64,000 nucleotides of DNA from Gammaproteobacteria bacterium. GTDB taxonomy: Bacteria > Pseudomonadota > Gammaproteobacteria > JABHGC01. The position numbers and the translations under genes were made by a program. The notes under the pieces were generated by a model. It saw nothing but the letters and a program-made list of their open reading frames with translations. It made no database searches and was not told the DNA's origin. This document shows positions 42,908 to 53,137 of the stretch, one piece after another (the stretch's first letter is position 1; the number at the start of each line of letters is the position of its first letter). Location of the stretch: positions 21,877 through 85,876 of the forward strand of contig JALWTS010000039.1 of NCBI GenBank assembly GCA_027077805.1. The letters run 5' to 3'.

Positions 42908-45703
42908 ATGAGCCAGCAATTTGTCTATGGATTTAATCAAGGTGATGGAAGAAATAAACAACTACTCGGTGGTAAAGGGGCTAATTTGTGTGAAATGACC
43001 CAAATCGGGTTAAATGTTCCCCCAGGATTTGTGATTACTACGGAAGCCTGTTTAGATTATTTATCTCGAACGGATAAATCATTGCCAGATGGATTAATGG
43101 CAGAAGTTAGAGAGCATATGGCAAGCATTGAAGAAGCCACTGGCAAAGGCTTTGGCGATTCGGATAATCCTTTATTAGTTTCGATTCGTTCAGGTTCCGC
43201 AATGTCTATGCCTGGCATGATGGATACAATTTTAAATTTGGGTTTAAATCAAACGACTTTACAAGGCTTAATCCAACAAACTAATAATGAACGTTTTAGT
43301 TATGATGCTTATCGTCGTTTTATTCAATTATTTGGTAAAGTTGCCTTAGGCATTGCAGATGAGGCCTTTGATCAACCTTTTGTCCAAGCGAAAAAGCAAG
43401 CAGGGGTGGTTGCAGATGTTGGTTTAACCGCAGAACATTTAAAGGCCATTAGTCAAACATTTTTAGCCGTTGTCAAAGAACAAACGGGACGGGCATTTCC
43501 TGAAGATGTATTTGAACAATTAGAATTAGCCATAAAATCGGTTTTTAATTCTTGGATGGGAAAACGTGCGATTGATTATCGTCGTGAATTTAATATTACG
43601 CCTGAAATGGCAAATGGTACAGCAGTAAACGTGGTATCAATGGTATTTGGTAATATGGGCAATGATTCTGCGACAGGCGTTGGTTTTACCCGTGATCCTG
43701 GTACGGGTGAAAATAAAATGTTTGGGGAATATTTAACCAATGCACAAGGAGAAGATGTTGTCGCAGGTATTCGCACCCCTAAACCTGTGTCAGAATTAGA
43801 AACTGAAATGCCAGAAATGTATCGACAATTAGTTGAACTTAGAAATAAATTAGAAGCTCATTATAAAGAAGTTCAAGATTATGAATATACCATTGAAAAA
43901 GGGGTATTATATTGCTTGCAAACTCGTAATGGTAAAATGAATGCTATTGCTACGGTAAGAACATCCGTAGAAATGGTAGAAGAAGGTTTGTTAACCAAAG
44001 AACAAGCCTTAATGCGAGTAAATCCTGAATTACTAGAACAATTATTACATCCGCAAATTTCGCCTAAGGTAGAAGATAGAGCGATTGCTAAGGGTTTACC
44101 TGCATCACCTGGTGCGGCGACAGGGAAATGTGTTTTTGATGCCGATAGGGCGGAACTCATGGGTCGTGCAGGTGAAAAAGTGATTTTAGTGCGTGAAGAA
44201 ACCAAACCTGAAGATATTCACGGCTTTTTTGCGTCTCAAGGTGTGTTGACAAGCCGTGGTGGAAAAACTTCTCATGCCGCTGTGGTTGCGAGAGGTATGG
44301 GAAAAGCTTGTGTGGCTGGGGCCGAAGGTATTTCAGTTAATGTGGAAAAACGTTTGGCTAAAATTGCCAATATTGTGATTAAAGAAGGTGATTTTATTAC
44401 GATTGATGGGAGTTCTGGGGAGGTTTATTTAGGTCAAATTGATAGGGTAGAGCCTGAATTTTCTAAAGAATTGCGTACCTTACTGGCTTGGGCTGATGAT
44501 ATTGCAGAACTTAAAGTCATGGCAAATGCCGACACACCAGAAGCGGCGATTCAAGCGCGTCATTATGGTGCAATGGGCATAGGCTTATGCCGTACCGAAC
44601 GAATGTTTAATGCGATTGAACGCTTACCTTATATGATTAGCATGATTTTAGCGGATGATGTTAGCGAACGAGAACAAGCCTTAACTTTCTTACGGCAAAT
44701 GCAACGTCAAGATTTTAAAACTTTATTCCAAACAATGGCACCTAATCCTGTTACAATACGTTTATTAGACCCACCCATTCATGAATTTTTACCAACCGAA
44801 CGTGAATTAGAAAACGACATTAAAACCTTACAACAACTACGTCAGGATATTCACGGTGTTGGTGTATTATTTAATTCCTTGCCTTTACTACGACCAAATG
44901 ATAGCCATTTACCAAACCAAGCGGATATGCCGTTCAATTCTGATGGTGAACAGTTAGTGGAAGAAGCCATTGCGAAAAAACAGCATATGTTAAGAAAAGT
45001 CAGAGAATTATTTGAAGTCAATCCCATGTTAGGTCATCGTGGCGTAAGGTTAGCGATTACCTACCCTGAAATTTATGCCATGCAAATTCAAGCAGTTTTA
45101 GAAGCCGAAGCGGAATGTATTAAAGCAGGAATCGAAGTCCATGTTGAAATTATGGTGCCTCAAGTTTGTACTGTTGAAGAGTTAAGAGTGGTTAAACAGC
45201 AGGTAGCACAATTAAAACAACAAGTGGAACAACAATATCAAGTTGAGTTGGGCTTTAAATTTGGCACGATGATTGAGGTCGTTCGAGCTTGTATGCGGGC
45301 AGGACATCTGGCGGAAGAAGCGGAGTTTTTCTCCTTTGGAACCAATGATTTAACGCAAGCAACCTTCTCATTTTCTCGTGAAGATGCGGAAAATAAATTT
45401 TTACCCTTATATGCTGAGAAAAATATCTTACAAGACAATCCATTTGATGTCCTAGATGTTAAAGGCGTAGGGCAATTAATGGGTTTAAGTGTGGATTGGG
45501 GGAGACAAACTCGACCTGAATTAAAAGTGGGGATTTGTGGTGAACAAGGTGGGCATCCACAATCAATTCGGTTTTGTCATCATATTAAACTAAACTATAT
45601 TTCCTGTTCGGCACCAAGAGTGCCTATTGCTAGATTAGCTGCTGCTCAGGCAAAATTAACCGAGCAAGGGTATGAAGTGGATGAAATGATTAAGACGGTT
45701 TAA
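42908..45703 (+). CDS. ppdK: Pyruvate, phosphate dikinase
   Basis: LGGKGANL, SIRSG..SMPGMMDT, NAQGEDVVAG, GGKTSHAAV (phospho-His), GLCRTE, SFGTNDL, ICGE. Confidence 0.96.
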   Translation: MSQQFVYGFNQGDGRNKQLLGGKGANLCEMTQIGLNVPPGFVITTEACLDYLSRTDKSLPDGLMAEVREHMASIEEATGKGFGDSDNPLLVSIRSGSAMSMPGMMDTILNLGLNQTTLQGLIQQTNNERFSYDAYRRFIQLFGKVALGIADEAFDQPFVQAKKQAGVVADVGLTAEHLKAISQTFLAVVKEQTGRAFPEDVFEQLELAIKSVFNSWMGKRAIDYRREFNITPEMANGTAVNVVSMVFGNMGNDSATGVGFTRDPGTGENKMFGEYLTNAQGEDVVAGIRTPKPVSELETEMPEMYRQLVELRNKLEAHYKEVQDYEYTIEKGVLYCLQTRNGKMNAIATVRTSVEMVEEGLLTKEQALMRVNPELLEQLLHPQISPKVEDRAIAKGLPASPGAATGKCVFDADRAELMGRAGEKVILVREETKPEDIHGFFASQGVLTSRGGKTSHAAVVARGMGKACVAGAEGISVNVEKRLAKIANIVIKEGDFITIDGSSGEVYLGQIDRVEPEFSKELRTLLAWADDIAELKVMANADTPEAAIQARHYGAMGIGLCRTERMFNAIERLPYMISMILADDVSEREQALTFLRQMQRQDFKTLFQTMAPNPVTIRLLDPPIHEFLPTERELENDIKTLQQLRQDIHGVGVLFNSLPLLRPNDSHLPNQADMPFNSDGEQLVEEAIAKKQHMLRKVRELFEVNPMLGHRGVRLAITYPEIYAMQIQAVLEAEAECIKAGIEVHVEIMVPQVCTVEELRVVKQQVAQLKQQVEQQYQVELGFKFGTMIEVVRACMRAGHLAEEAEFFSFGTNDLTQATFSFSREDAENKFLPLYAEKNILQDNPFDVLDVKGVGQLMGLSVDWGRQTRPELKVGICGEQGGHPQSIRFCHHIKLNYISCSAPRVPIARLAAAQAKLTEQGYEVDEMIKTV

Positions 45704-45722
45704 ATGCTTGATTGTAAACTTT

Positions 45723-45749
45723 AATTTTCTCCCTTTTTAGGAGAAAATT
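45723..45749. terminator. Probable bidirectional terminator between convergent ppdK and ubiI
   Basis: AATTTTCTCC-N7-GGAGAAAATT. Confidence 0.7.
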
Positions 45750-45777
45750 GAGTTGAGAAAATTTATAAGTTTTTAAT

Positions 45778-46992
45778 TCAAGACCTAGCCAATTTCGGCA
45801 ATTCCCCACTCATCCCCATTGCTTGAACCATAATATGATTTTTCACAGGTTGAAATTGATTCGTCAGGTTTAAGCCTTGGTTTCTTGCCCATTTTACTGG
45901 GGTGAATTGATTACCAAACAGGCGTTTAAAGCTATCCATTACCCCCATCATGAGTAAATTATCACCTTTACGCCAGCGTTCGTAGCGGCGTAAGACTTTA
46001 AAGCTGGAAAATAAACGTTGTTGTTCAAGGGCATCTTGCATGACTTCCGCTAATACTATCGCATCGAGTAAACCCAAATTAACCCCCTGCCCTGCTAAAG
46101 GATGAATACTATGGGCAGCATCACCAATTAATGCGAGTTGTGGTTGTACATATTGTTTGGCAGTTTGCAAGATTAAGGGAAATCCTGCTCTAGGACTGAC
46201 CCAGTGAATATCGCCTAAACGATAGTCAAAGGCGTGGGCTAATTGTTGACAAAACTCCGCATCGGATAGGGCTAATAGTTGTTCTGCTTTATGTTGATCT
46301 ACTGACCAAACAATGGAACATTGTTTGGGATTAACGGGTAAAAAAGCCAATGGCCCTGTGGGTAAAAAGCGTTGCCATGCGGTATTTTGGTGCGATTTTC
46401 CCGTGCTTACTGTGGCAACAATTGCTGTTTGTTGATAAGACCAACCTTGGGTTTTAATATCCGCCCATTGGCGAATTTTGGAATGACGACCATCGGCACC
46501 GATCACCACTTGGGCTTGCCAACATTGTTCAGCTTGCCATACTTGAGCCATACGCTGTTCTTGAGATAAAACTAATTTATCTAATTCAATATTGTAATAA
46601 CAGTCAATGTTTGCTACTGATTGTATTTGTTGCCATAAGCTGGCTAGTAATGCTCGTTGTTCAACAATATAGCCTAAATAATTTTGATTGATATTGCTAC
46701 AATCAAAATAAATATTACCCTCACCTTCCGCATCCCATACTTGCATTTTTTGAAAATAATAAGCATGAGCTTGAATCGCCTGCCATACGCCTAAGTTTTG
46801 TAAAATGTGAATACTGCTGTGGTTTAAGGCAAATACTCTTAAATCGGTAGTAGTTTGATCCCAATCTAAAATCGGTGGCGATTGTTTGTCAATAATAGCG
46901 ATGCTTAAACCACTTTTTTTTAAAGCACAGGCAAAGGTTAATCCAACCACTCCGGCACCGACTATAATGATATCATACTGTTTGGTATCCAT
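45778..46992 (-). CDS. ubiI: FAD-dependent ubiquinone biosynthesis hydroxylase UbiI/VisC
   Basis: GAGVVG, GADG, AWQRFLPTGPLAFLP, GDAAHSIHPLAGQGVNLG; second of the ubiH pair. Confidence 0.82.
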   Translation of the reverse strand: MDTKQYDIIIVGAGVVGLTFACALKKSGLSIAIIDKQSPPILDWDQTTTDLRVFALNHSSIHILQNLGVWQAIQAHAYYFQKMQVWDAEGEGNIYFDCSNINQNYLGYIVEQRALLASLWQQIQSVANIDCYYNIELDKLVLSQEQRMAQVWQAEQCWQAQVVIGADGRHSKIRQWADIKTQGWSYQQTAIVATVSTGKSHQNTAWQRFLPTGPLAFLPVNPKQCSIVWSVDQHKAEQLLALSDAEFCQQLAHAFDYRLGDIHWVSPRAGFPLILQTAKQYVQPQLALIGDAAHSIHPLAGQGVNLGLLDAIVLAEVMQDALEQQRLFSSFKVLRRYERWRKGDNLLMMGVMDSFKRLFGNQFTPVKWARNQGLNLTNQFQPVKNHIMVQAMGMSGELPKLARS

Positions 46993-48208
46993 TGCTATCA
47001 CCTTGAGTTTGAATTAAGCTAGGTAATCTTCCTGATAATCCCATGCTGTATTGGCAAAATTGTTGTTTAATTAAGGGTGAAAGTTCTAAAGCCATTAAAC
47101 CAGCACGGCGTAAGCATTTAATGGGTAAAAATGACTGATTAAATATTTCCACTAAACTATCGGTAAACCATTGGGTTTGTAATTGATCTTGGCTTCGCCA
47201 CTGTTGATAATTTTTTAGCAATGCAAAATCGTCAATGGCTTGCTTGTGATTAACAGCTTGGGTCAGTAATTCTACTAATACGGCCACATCACGCATACCT
47301 AAATTAAACCCTTGTCCTGCCACAGGATGTACAGTATGGGCGGCATTGCCCATTAATACCACTTTCGGTGCAATACATGATTGGCTACTGACCGCTTGTA
47401 ATGGATAGGCTTGACGTTGCTCTATGGCTAACCATTGACCTAGACGCTTGCCAAAATAAGATTGTACTAAAGGCAGTAATTCCTCATCCGATAAATCTAA
47501 AATATCTTTTTGATGCGGATGTTTAATACTCCAAATAATTGCAGATTGATTAGCGAGTAAGGGTAATACGGCTAAAGGGCCTAATTCAGTAAAACGTTCA
47601 TAGGCAGTATTTTTATGGGAATATTCGGTATGAACATTGGCAACCAAGGCAGTTTGTTGATAGTCTTTGCGTTTAGTGGCAAAGTTTAATTGTTGTCTGA
47701 CAATCGAACGACTACCATCAGTTGCCACTAGCAATTTTGTCGTAATTATGGTGTTGTTGTCTAAAGTAATTTCAATATCATCAACAGTTTTATGAATAGT
47801 TTGAATTTTCGAAGGACAAAACCAAGTGAGATTATTAAGCTCCGTTTGGGCTTGGGTTTGTAAATATTGTTTTAATTGCTGGCTAAGCACGACATAACCA
47901 AATGCGTCGATTGCCATATCTTGACAGTTAAAATGCGTAAAGGCAAACTTACCTTGTTCTGACACATGAATGCTTTTAATGGGTGTCGCAAAGTGGCTAA
48001 TCGCTTGCCAGAGTCCTAAATTTTGCAAAACTTGATAACTGGCACGACTTAAAGCAATGCTACGCTTATCATTGATGACAGCTTGTTTAATAATATCTTG
48101 GGATTCTATGATAGCGATATTCAGTGGTAGCTTTTTCAAGGCATAAGCAAAACTACTACCCACTAATCCCGCTCCAACAATAATAATATCAAATTTTTGA
48201 TGCTTCAT
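46973..48208 (-). CDS. ubiH: 2-octaprenyl-6-methoxyphenol hydroxylase
   Basis: RSIALS, IHVSEQG.F, AYERFT..GPLA.LP, GNAAHTVHPVAGQGFNLG. Confidence 0.88.
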   Translation of the reverse strand: MKHQKFDIIIVGAGLVGSSFAYALKKLPLNIAIIESQDIIKQAVINDKRSIALSRASYQVLQNLGLWQAISHFATPIKSIHVSEQGKFAFTHFNCQDMAIDAFGYVVLSQQLKQYLQTQAQTELNNLTWFCPSKIQTIHKTVDDIEITLDNNTIITTKLLVATDGSRSIVRQQLNFATKRKDYQQTALVANVHTEYSHKNTAYERFTELGPLAVLPLLANQSAIIWSIKHPHQKDILDLSDEELLPLVQSYFGKRLGQWLAIEQRQAYPLQAVSSQSCIAPKVVLMGNAAHTVHPVAGQGFNLGMRDVAVLVELLTQAVNHKQAIDDFALLKNYQQWRSQDQLQTQWFTDSLVEIFNQSFLPIKCLRRAGLMALELSPLIKQQFCQYSMGLSGRLPSLIQTQGDSNGYQTV

Positions 48209-48403
48209 TGATTTAGACAATTTTTTCTTAAATGATATTAATAACTATATCTAATATGCTTACAATAGCAACTTTAAATTTGCTATTATTTAATAATAGC
48301 AAGAGAGTAATAACAAGGTGATGATGTGTTATGTATATTTTTTTATATACATTAGTGCAATTACTAATAAATAATTAGCAGTCAGAGCCTGAGATTAATT
48401 TAA

Positions 48404-49339
48404 TTAAATACACCGCTCATGATTTAAACGACAATAACTATCACTGCTTTGTGTTTCAACTTGTATGGTGATATGAGAAATATTAAAATCTTGGTGTAGC
48501 CGTTGTTCAATTTTTTGCAACAATTGGTTATCAATTTCATAATAATCAACCACTAAGTGAACAGTTAAGGCAATTTCAGTCGTACTTAATGCCCATATAT
48601 GTAAGTCATGAAAGCCACTCACATTATCTAAATTAGTAAAATATTTTTTAATTTCTTGAATGTCAATATCTTTAGGAATCGCATCTAATGCCAAATTAAT
48701 CGAATCTTGTAATAAATGCCAAGTTCCCACTAAAATCACCACAACAATCACTAAACTCAATACTGGATCAAGCCACAACCATGGTTGAAACAACAAAATC
48801 ACGCCAGCAACAACCACACCAACTGATACTGCGGCATCAGCCACCATATGTAAAAAGGCTGCCCGAATATTTAAATCATGTTTTTGCCCTGCCACAAATA
48901 ATAAAGCCGTGGCAATATTAATAATCACGCCAATCGTTGCGACTATAATTACCACTTTGCTATCTACTATTTGTGGCTGTAATAAACGTTGTACTGATTC
49001 CCAAGCAATACCACCCAAGGCGATTAACAATAATATAGCACTGGCTAAGGATGCCATAACCGTTGCCTTACGAAAACCATAGGTATGATATTCAGTTGCT
49101 TGTTTATTCGCTAACACACTACCACCCCACGCCAACAATAAACTTAAAACATCACTTAAATTATGCCCTGCATCGGCAATTAATGCCATTGAACCCGCCA
49201 TAAAGCCATAACCAGCTTCAATAATTACAAATAATAAATTTAATCCTACCCCTAAAGCAAAGGCTTTATGTTGTGGATCAAGCGGAGCATGACTATGAAT
49301 ATGCTCAGGTTGATGGTGATGATGATGATGATGAGTCAT
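48404..49339 (-). CDS. CDF family Zn/Co/Cd efflux transporter (CzcD/ZitB-like) with His-rich N-terminus
   Basis: ADAGHNLSD, AFLHMVAD, HDLHIW, HITIQ; N-terminal HHHHHHH. Confidence 0.92.
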   Translation of the reverse strand: MTHHHHHHHQPEHIHSHAPLDPQHKAFALGVGLNLLFVIIEAGYGFMAGSMALIADAGHNLSDVLSLLLAWGGSVLANKQATEYHTYGFRKATVMASLASAILLLIALGGIAWESVQRLLQPQIVDSKVVIIVATIGVIINIATALLFVAGQKHDLNIRAAFLHMVADAAVSVGVVVAGVILLFQPWLWLDPVLSLVIVVVILVGTWHLLQDSINLALDAIPKDIDIQEIKKYFTNLDNVSGFHDLHIWALSTTEIALTVHLVVDYYEIDNQLLQKIEQRLHQDFNISHITIQVETQSSDSYCRLNHERCI

Positions 49340-49362
49340 AACAATAATTTATTATTATGTGG

Positions 49363-50361
49363 TTAAATTTTAAGTTTTTCTGCAAATTTCCTCTGCAATT
49401 TATCCACTTTAGGGGCAATATTAAAGGCACAATAAGGTTGATTTTTATGAGTATTAAAATAATTTTGATGATAATCTTCTGCAGGGTAAAAACTATCCAG
49501 AGCTTTAATTTCTGTGACAATCCTTTGTTCAAATTCTGCTTGCAATTTATCTAATATTTGTTGGGCAATCTGTTGTTGCTTGGCATTATGGGTAAAAATC
49601 GCACTACGATATTGCGTGCCTTTATCTGCCCCCTGTTGGTTTAAAGTAGTTGGATCATGGGTTTTAAAATGAATTTCGACCAGTTCCGCATAAGCAATTT
49701 GCTTGGGGTCAAAACTAATTTGAATTACTTCCGCATGCCCTGTTTTGCCCGTACAAATTTGACGATAATTGGGATTTTTCGTCTCACCACCACTATAACC
49801 ACTGACCACCGTTGCCACGCCTTTTAATCGTTGAAACAATGCTTCTGTACACCAAAAACAGCCACCACCAAAGGTGGCGAGTTCCATTGTAGTTGCATTT
49901 GAATTTGAATCTGCAACGGCACTTATTTTATTTAAAGCCAAGGCATTAATACAATAACGTAAGCTACTAGGTGCAGGGCCATCTGGAAAGACATGCCCTA
50001 AATGTGCCTCACAACAATTACAACGCACTTCTACTCGTTCCATAAAATGCGTATTATCAAGATGATAGGAAATCGCATTGTCTTTTGCTGGTTGGGTAAA
50101 CGATGGCCAGCCTGTGCCTGAATTAAATTTTTCACTGGAATCAAACAATAAACTCTCACAACAAACACAAGCATATCGCCCTGCTTCAAACAATTGACAC
50201 ATTTCAGAACTAAACGCTTGTTCAGTGCCATGTAAACGAGTAACTTCGTATTGTTCTAGCGTTAATTGTTTACGCCATTCTTTTTCAGTTTTTTCCACAG
50301 TTTTATCTGGCGTAGGATTAGCTTGTTGGGCAAATTTTAAAATATCATTCCATTTCAACAT
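49363..50361 (-). CDS. Bifunctional methionine sulfoxide reductase, MsrB-MsrA order
   Basis: MsrB GTE..CVCC..SGTGWPSF..CNCC..HLGHVF.DGP..RYCIN, then MsrA GGGCFWC, GHAE, AEDYHQ. Confidence 0.93.
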   Translation of the reverse strand: MLKWNDILKFAQQANPTPDKTVEKTEKEWRKQLTLEQYEVTRLHGTEQAFSSEMCQLFEAGRYACVCCESLLFDSSEKFNSGTGWPSFTQPAKDNAISYHLDNTHFMERVEVRCNCCEAHLGHVFPDGPAPSSLRYCINALALNKISAVADSNSNATTMELATFGGGCFWCTEALFQRLKGVATVVSGYSGGETKNPNYRQICTGKTGHAEVIQISFDPKQIAYAELVEIHFKTHDPTTLNQQGADKGTQYRSAIFTHNAKQQQIAQQILDKLQAEFEQRIVTEIKALDSFYPAEDYHQNYFNTHKNQPYCAFNIAPKVDKLQRKFAEKLKI

Positions 50362-50540
50362 AAGCATCACATTTTATAATTCAACATATCTAAAATAATA
50401 GCCGAAACTCTGAACTATAATTGGTATAGTTTATAACTAAAAAATACTGATAAATAGTAATGAATAAGCACAAAAATTCACATTCAATAAACTATTTATT
50501 TGCAATATATAAAACTAAATAATAATAAATACAAATCATC

Positions 50541-52211
50541 ATGGAAAAAACCAACGTTTTAGGCACAATAAAACACACTTGGCACAGTTTGTTCAATCCT
50601 GCCGAACAAGTCTTGCCATCAAGTGATGATAGTGATAAACATCAAACGGCAATTGATCAATTGATGGAAAAAAGTTTACCGAATTTTATTCGACGGCAAA
50701 TTGTCTTGCGTTTATCAGTCGTATGTCTATCAATGACAGTGATTGCCATTATTCATACTAATCTGATTCTAGGGGTGTACGACAAAAATGATTTGGGTCA
50801 ATTTGAAACAGGTTTTTATGATCAAATCATCATTACCTCTGCGGTACTGATTTTTTTAACCTCAATGATCGTTTTTGCGTTACTAAGATTACAACAGCGT
50901 TCTGCTATGGAACATATTATTGTATTAGGCTTAGTTTATGAAGTGATCATTGCGTTTTTTATGTCACTCACTGATTATTCCATCCCTGGCGGACCTGGTT
51001 ATCAAGCCGATGGTAAAATTACTTGGGTGTATTTATGGATTACCATTTATCCCTTAATCGTGCCTTGCTCTCCGAAAAAAACCATTATTGCGGCTGCTTG
51101 TTCTTCTGCAATGGTCATGGTTGCTATGTTATTTGCTACTATGGTATTCCAAAATCCTATGCCCTCTAGCACTGCAATTTATTTAACCCTAGAAGGGTTA
51201 GTCATGGTAAGTTTTTTTGCCAGCTTAACTGCTTATATTATTCATCAATCCAATCTAGCGATTAACAAGGAACGCCATCACAGCAGTTATCAATTAGAAT
51301 CACTGTTAGGTGAGGGAAATATGGGTAAAGTTTGGCAAGCCAAACATAAAATGTTACACCGCCCTGCTGCCATTAAAATTATTGATATGGATAAAATCTC
51401 CAGTCACCCTAAAGTACAACAAGAATACATTTTACGCTTTGAACGAGAAGCTCAAAGCACGGCATCGCTGTATTCGCCTCATTCCATTTCATTATATGAC
51501 TTTGGTATCACTGAAGACGGGTCATTTTTTTATGTCATGGAAGCCTTGCATGGCATTGACTTACAACAATTAGTCAAGCAATTTGGACCATTACCTGCAG
51601 AGCGAGTGGTTTACTTGTTACTACAAATTTGTGAATCCTTAGCCGAAGCCCATCAAAAAGGCTTAGTCCATCGTGATATTAAACCTGCCAATATTTTTGT
51701 GTGCCATTACGGTATTGAATATGATTTTGTTAAAGTCTTAGATTTTGGCATGGTCAAAAGTCAAAATGAAATCACTACGCATTCATCCTCAACTACAATT
51801 AAAAATATCTCCCCAGAACTTACCCAAGCAGGCAATGTTTATGGCACCCCTGCCTATATGGCACCCGAAATGCTTAGACGTATGCCAGTGGATCATCGTT
51901 ATGATATGTATAGCTTAGGTTGTGTCGCGTATTGGATGTTATCAGGCAAACGTGCGTTTCTTGCCAAAGATATGCAAGACCTAGTAAAAAAACAGCTCTA
52001 TAATCCGCCAATCCCATTTCGCCATCGCACCAATAATCCTGTCCCTGAAAAGTTAGAACAAGTTATCTTCTGGTGTCTCGCTAAAAACCCAGATGAACGA
52101 CCTAAAGATATGCTAGAACTCATTCATGCCATTAAAGGTGTCGAAATCAATCGAGAATGGACAGGCACTAAAATGACGGCTTGGTGGCAACAGAATTTGC
52201 CAGAGTTGTGA
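50541..52211 (+). CDS. Membrane-anchored Hanks-type Ser/Thr protein kinase
   Basis: About 6 N-terminal TM helices, then LGEGNMG.V, AIK, HRDIKPAN, DFG, GTPAYMAPE, DMYSLG. Confidence 0.92.
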   Translation: MEKTNVLGTIKHTWHSLFNPAEQVLPSSDDSDKHQTAIDQLMEKSLPNFIRRQIVLRLSVVCLSMTVIAIIHTNLILGVYDKNDLGQFETGFYDQIIITSAVLIFLTSMIVFALLRLQQRSAMEHIIVLGLVYEVIIAFFMSLTDYSIPGGPGYQADGKITWVYLWITIYPLIVPCSPKKTIIAAACSSAMVMVAMLFATMVFQNPMPSSTAIYLTLEGLVMVSFFASLTAYIIHQSNLAINKERHHSSYQLESLLGEGNMGKVWQAKHKMLHRPAAIKIIDMDKISSHPKVQQEYILRFEREAQSTASLYSPHSISLYDFGITEDGSFFYVMEALHGIDLQQLVKQFGPLPAERVVYLLLQICESLAEAHQKGLVHRDIKPANIFVCHYGIEYDFVKVLDFGMVKSQNEITTHSSSTTIKNISPELTQAGNVYGTPAYMAPEMLRRMPVDHRYDMYSLGCVAYWMLSGKRAFLAKDMQDLVKKQLYNPPIPFRHRTNNPVPEKLEQVIFWCLAKNPDERPKDMLELIHAIKGVEINREWTGTKMTAWWQQNLPEL

Positions 52212-52342
52212 GAATCAAAGTTTTATCCAAACAACCCTTATTTCATCCTGACAAACAAGATACTGATACGCTAATCAAACATTGGCATTATCTCGTTGGC
52301 TTATTACCACAATCTGCTTCTAATATTTGAAAATTTAGTTTC

Positions 52343-52774
52343 TTATTGCTGTAAAACCAACTCAAATCGTTTGGTTTTATTCCATCTTAATATCTTAAAA
52401 TCACTATTATCAACTGTTAATATTTGCCCAGTATTATAGTATTCTGCTGCAATGACTAGTGATATCTCTGCCAAATCAATATCTAAATCTTGATACTTAT
52501 ATAGCAATTCAATCACTCTATTGCTAGATTCATGCTCTAAATTACATACATCAAATTCTAAACGTTGATAAGATTGCATTAAATTTATCGCAGCATCAAA
52601 CCCTACTTTATGCTTGATTAAAAAAAATGATTCATACAATACAATCCATGTAGTCACAAATCGGTAATTTGTATTAATATTCTTTTCTAACCATTTTATC
52701 GTTAGGTTATGATACTCATCTTTATGATTACTGGCTGCTAACCAAAAACTAGTATCAACCAGAATATTTTTCAA
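52343..52774 (-). CDS. VapC-type PIN domain toxin
   Basis: ILVDTS, VLYE, DLAE, ILTVD..DF. Probable TTG start at 52774 with AGGAG RBS, overlapping the antitoxin end. Confidence 0.85.
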   Translation of the reverse strand: MKNILVDTSFWLAASNHKDEYHNLTIKWLEKNINTNYRFVTTWIVLYESFFLIKHKVGFDAAINLMQSYQRLEFDVCNLEHESSNRVIELLYKYQDLDIDLAEISLVIAAEYYNTGQILTVDNSDFKILRWNKTKRFELVLQQ

Positions 52775-53033
52775 GTAAACGCTCCTGATAATAATCTTTA
52801 TGATTGCTTGATAAGTCTGCTGGACCAGATTCATTTGACATTGAAAATGTTTTTAATAATGCGGGGACTGAAGCTGGTTTTTGGTTCTTGGTTTGTTGGT
52901 ATAGTAATTCAATGCCTGCTTTAACTAAATCAGTTTGTCCATAACCTGACTCAATAAGATATTTAACCATTAATTGGGAGTCAGTATCTAACCGTACTGA
53001 TAAACGAGTAAGTAAATTGCTAGCTTCTGCCAT
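52755..53033 (-). CDS. Probable ribbon-helix-helix antitoxin
   Basis: RLSVRLD..(helix)..TDLVKAGI and SGPADLS.NHK.Y tail; directly upstream of the PIN gene. Confidence 0.75.
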   Translation of the reverse strand: MAEASNLLTRLSVRLDTDSQLMVKYLIESGYGQTDLVKAGIELLYQQTKNQKPASVPALLKTFSMSNESGPADLSSNHKDYYQERLLEKYSG

Positions 53034-53054
53034 TATCTTGCCTTCATTATTTAT

Positions 53055-53076
53055 TTGTCGTACAATTGTATGACAA
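53055..53076. promoter_or_regulatory. Palindromic operator, probable TA autorepression site
   Basis: TTGTCGTACAA-TTGTATGACAA, 22 bp with one mismatch, about 20 bp upstream of the antitoxin start. Confidence 0.6.
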
Positions 53077-53137
53077 TCATAGCAATTCATCAATACTTAT
53101 TTTTATTACAAATATCCACTCAAAACTGGAATCCTAA

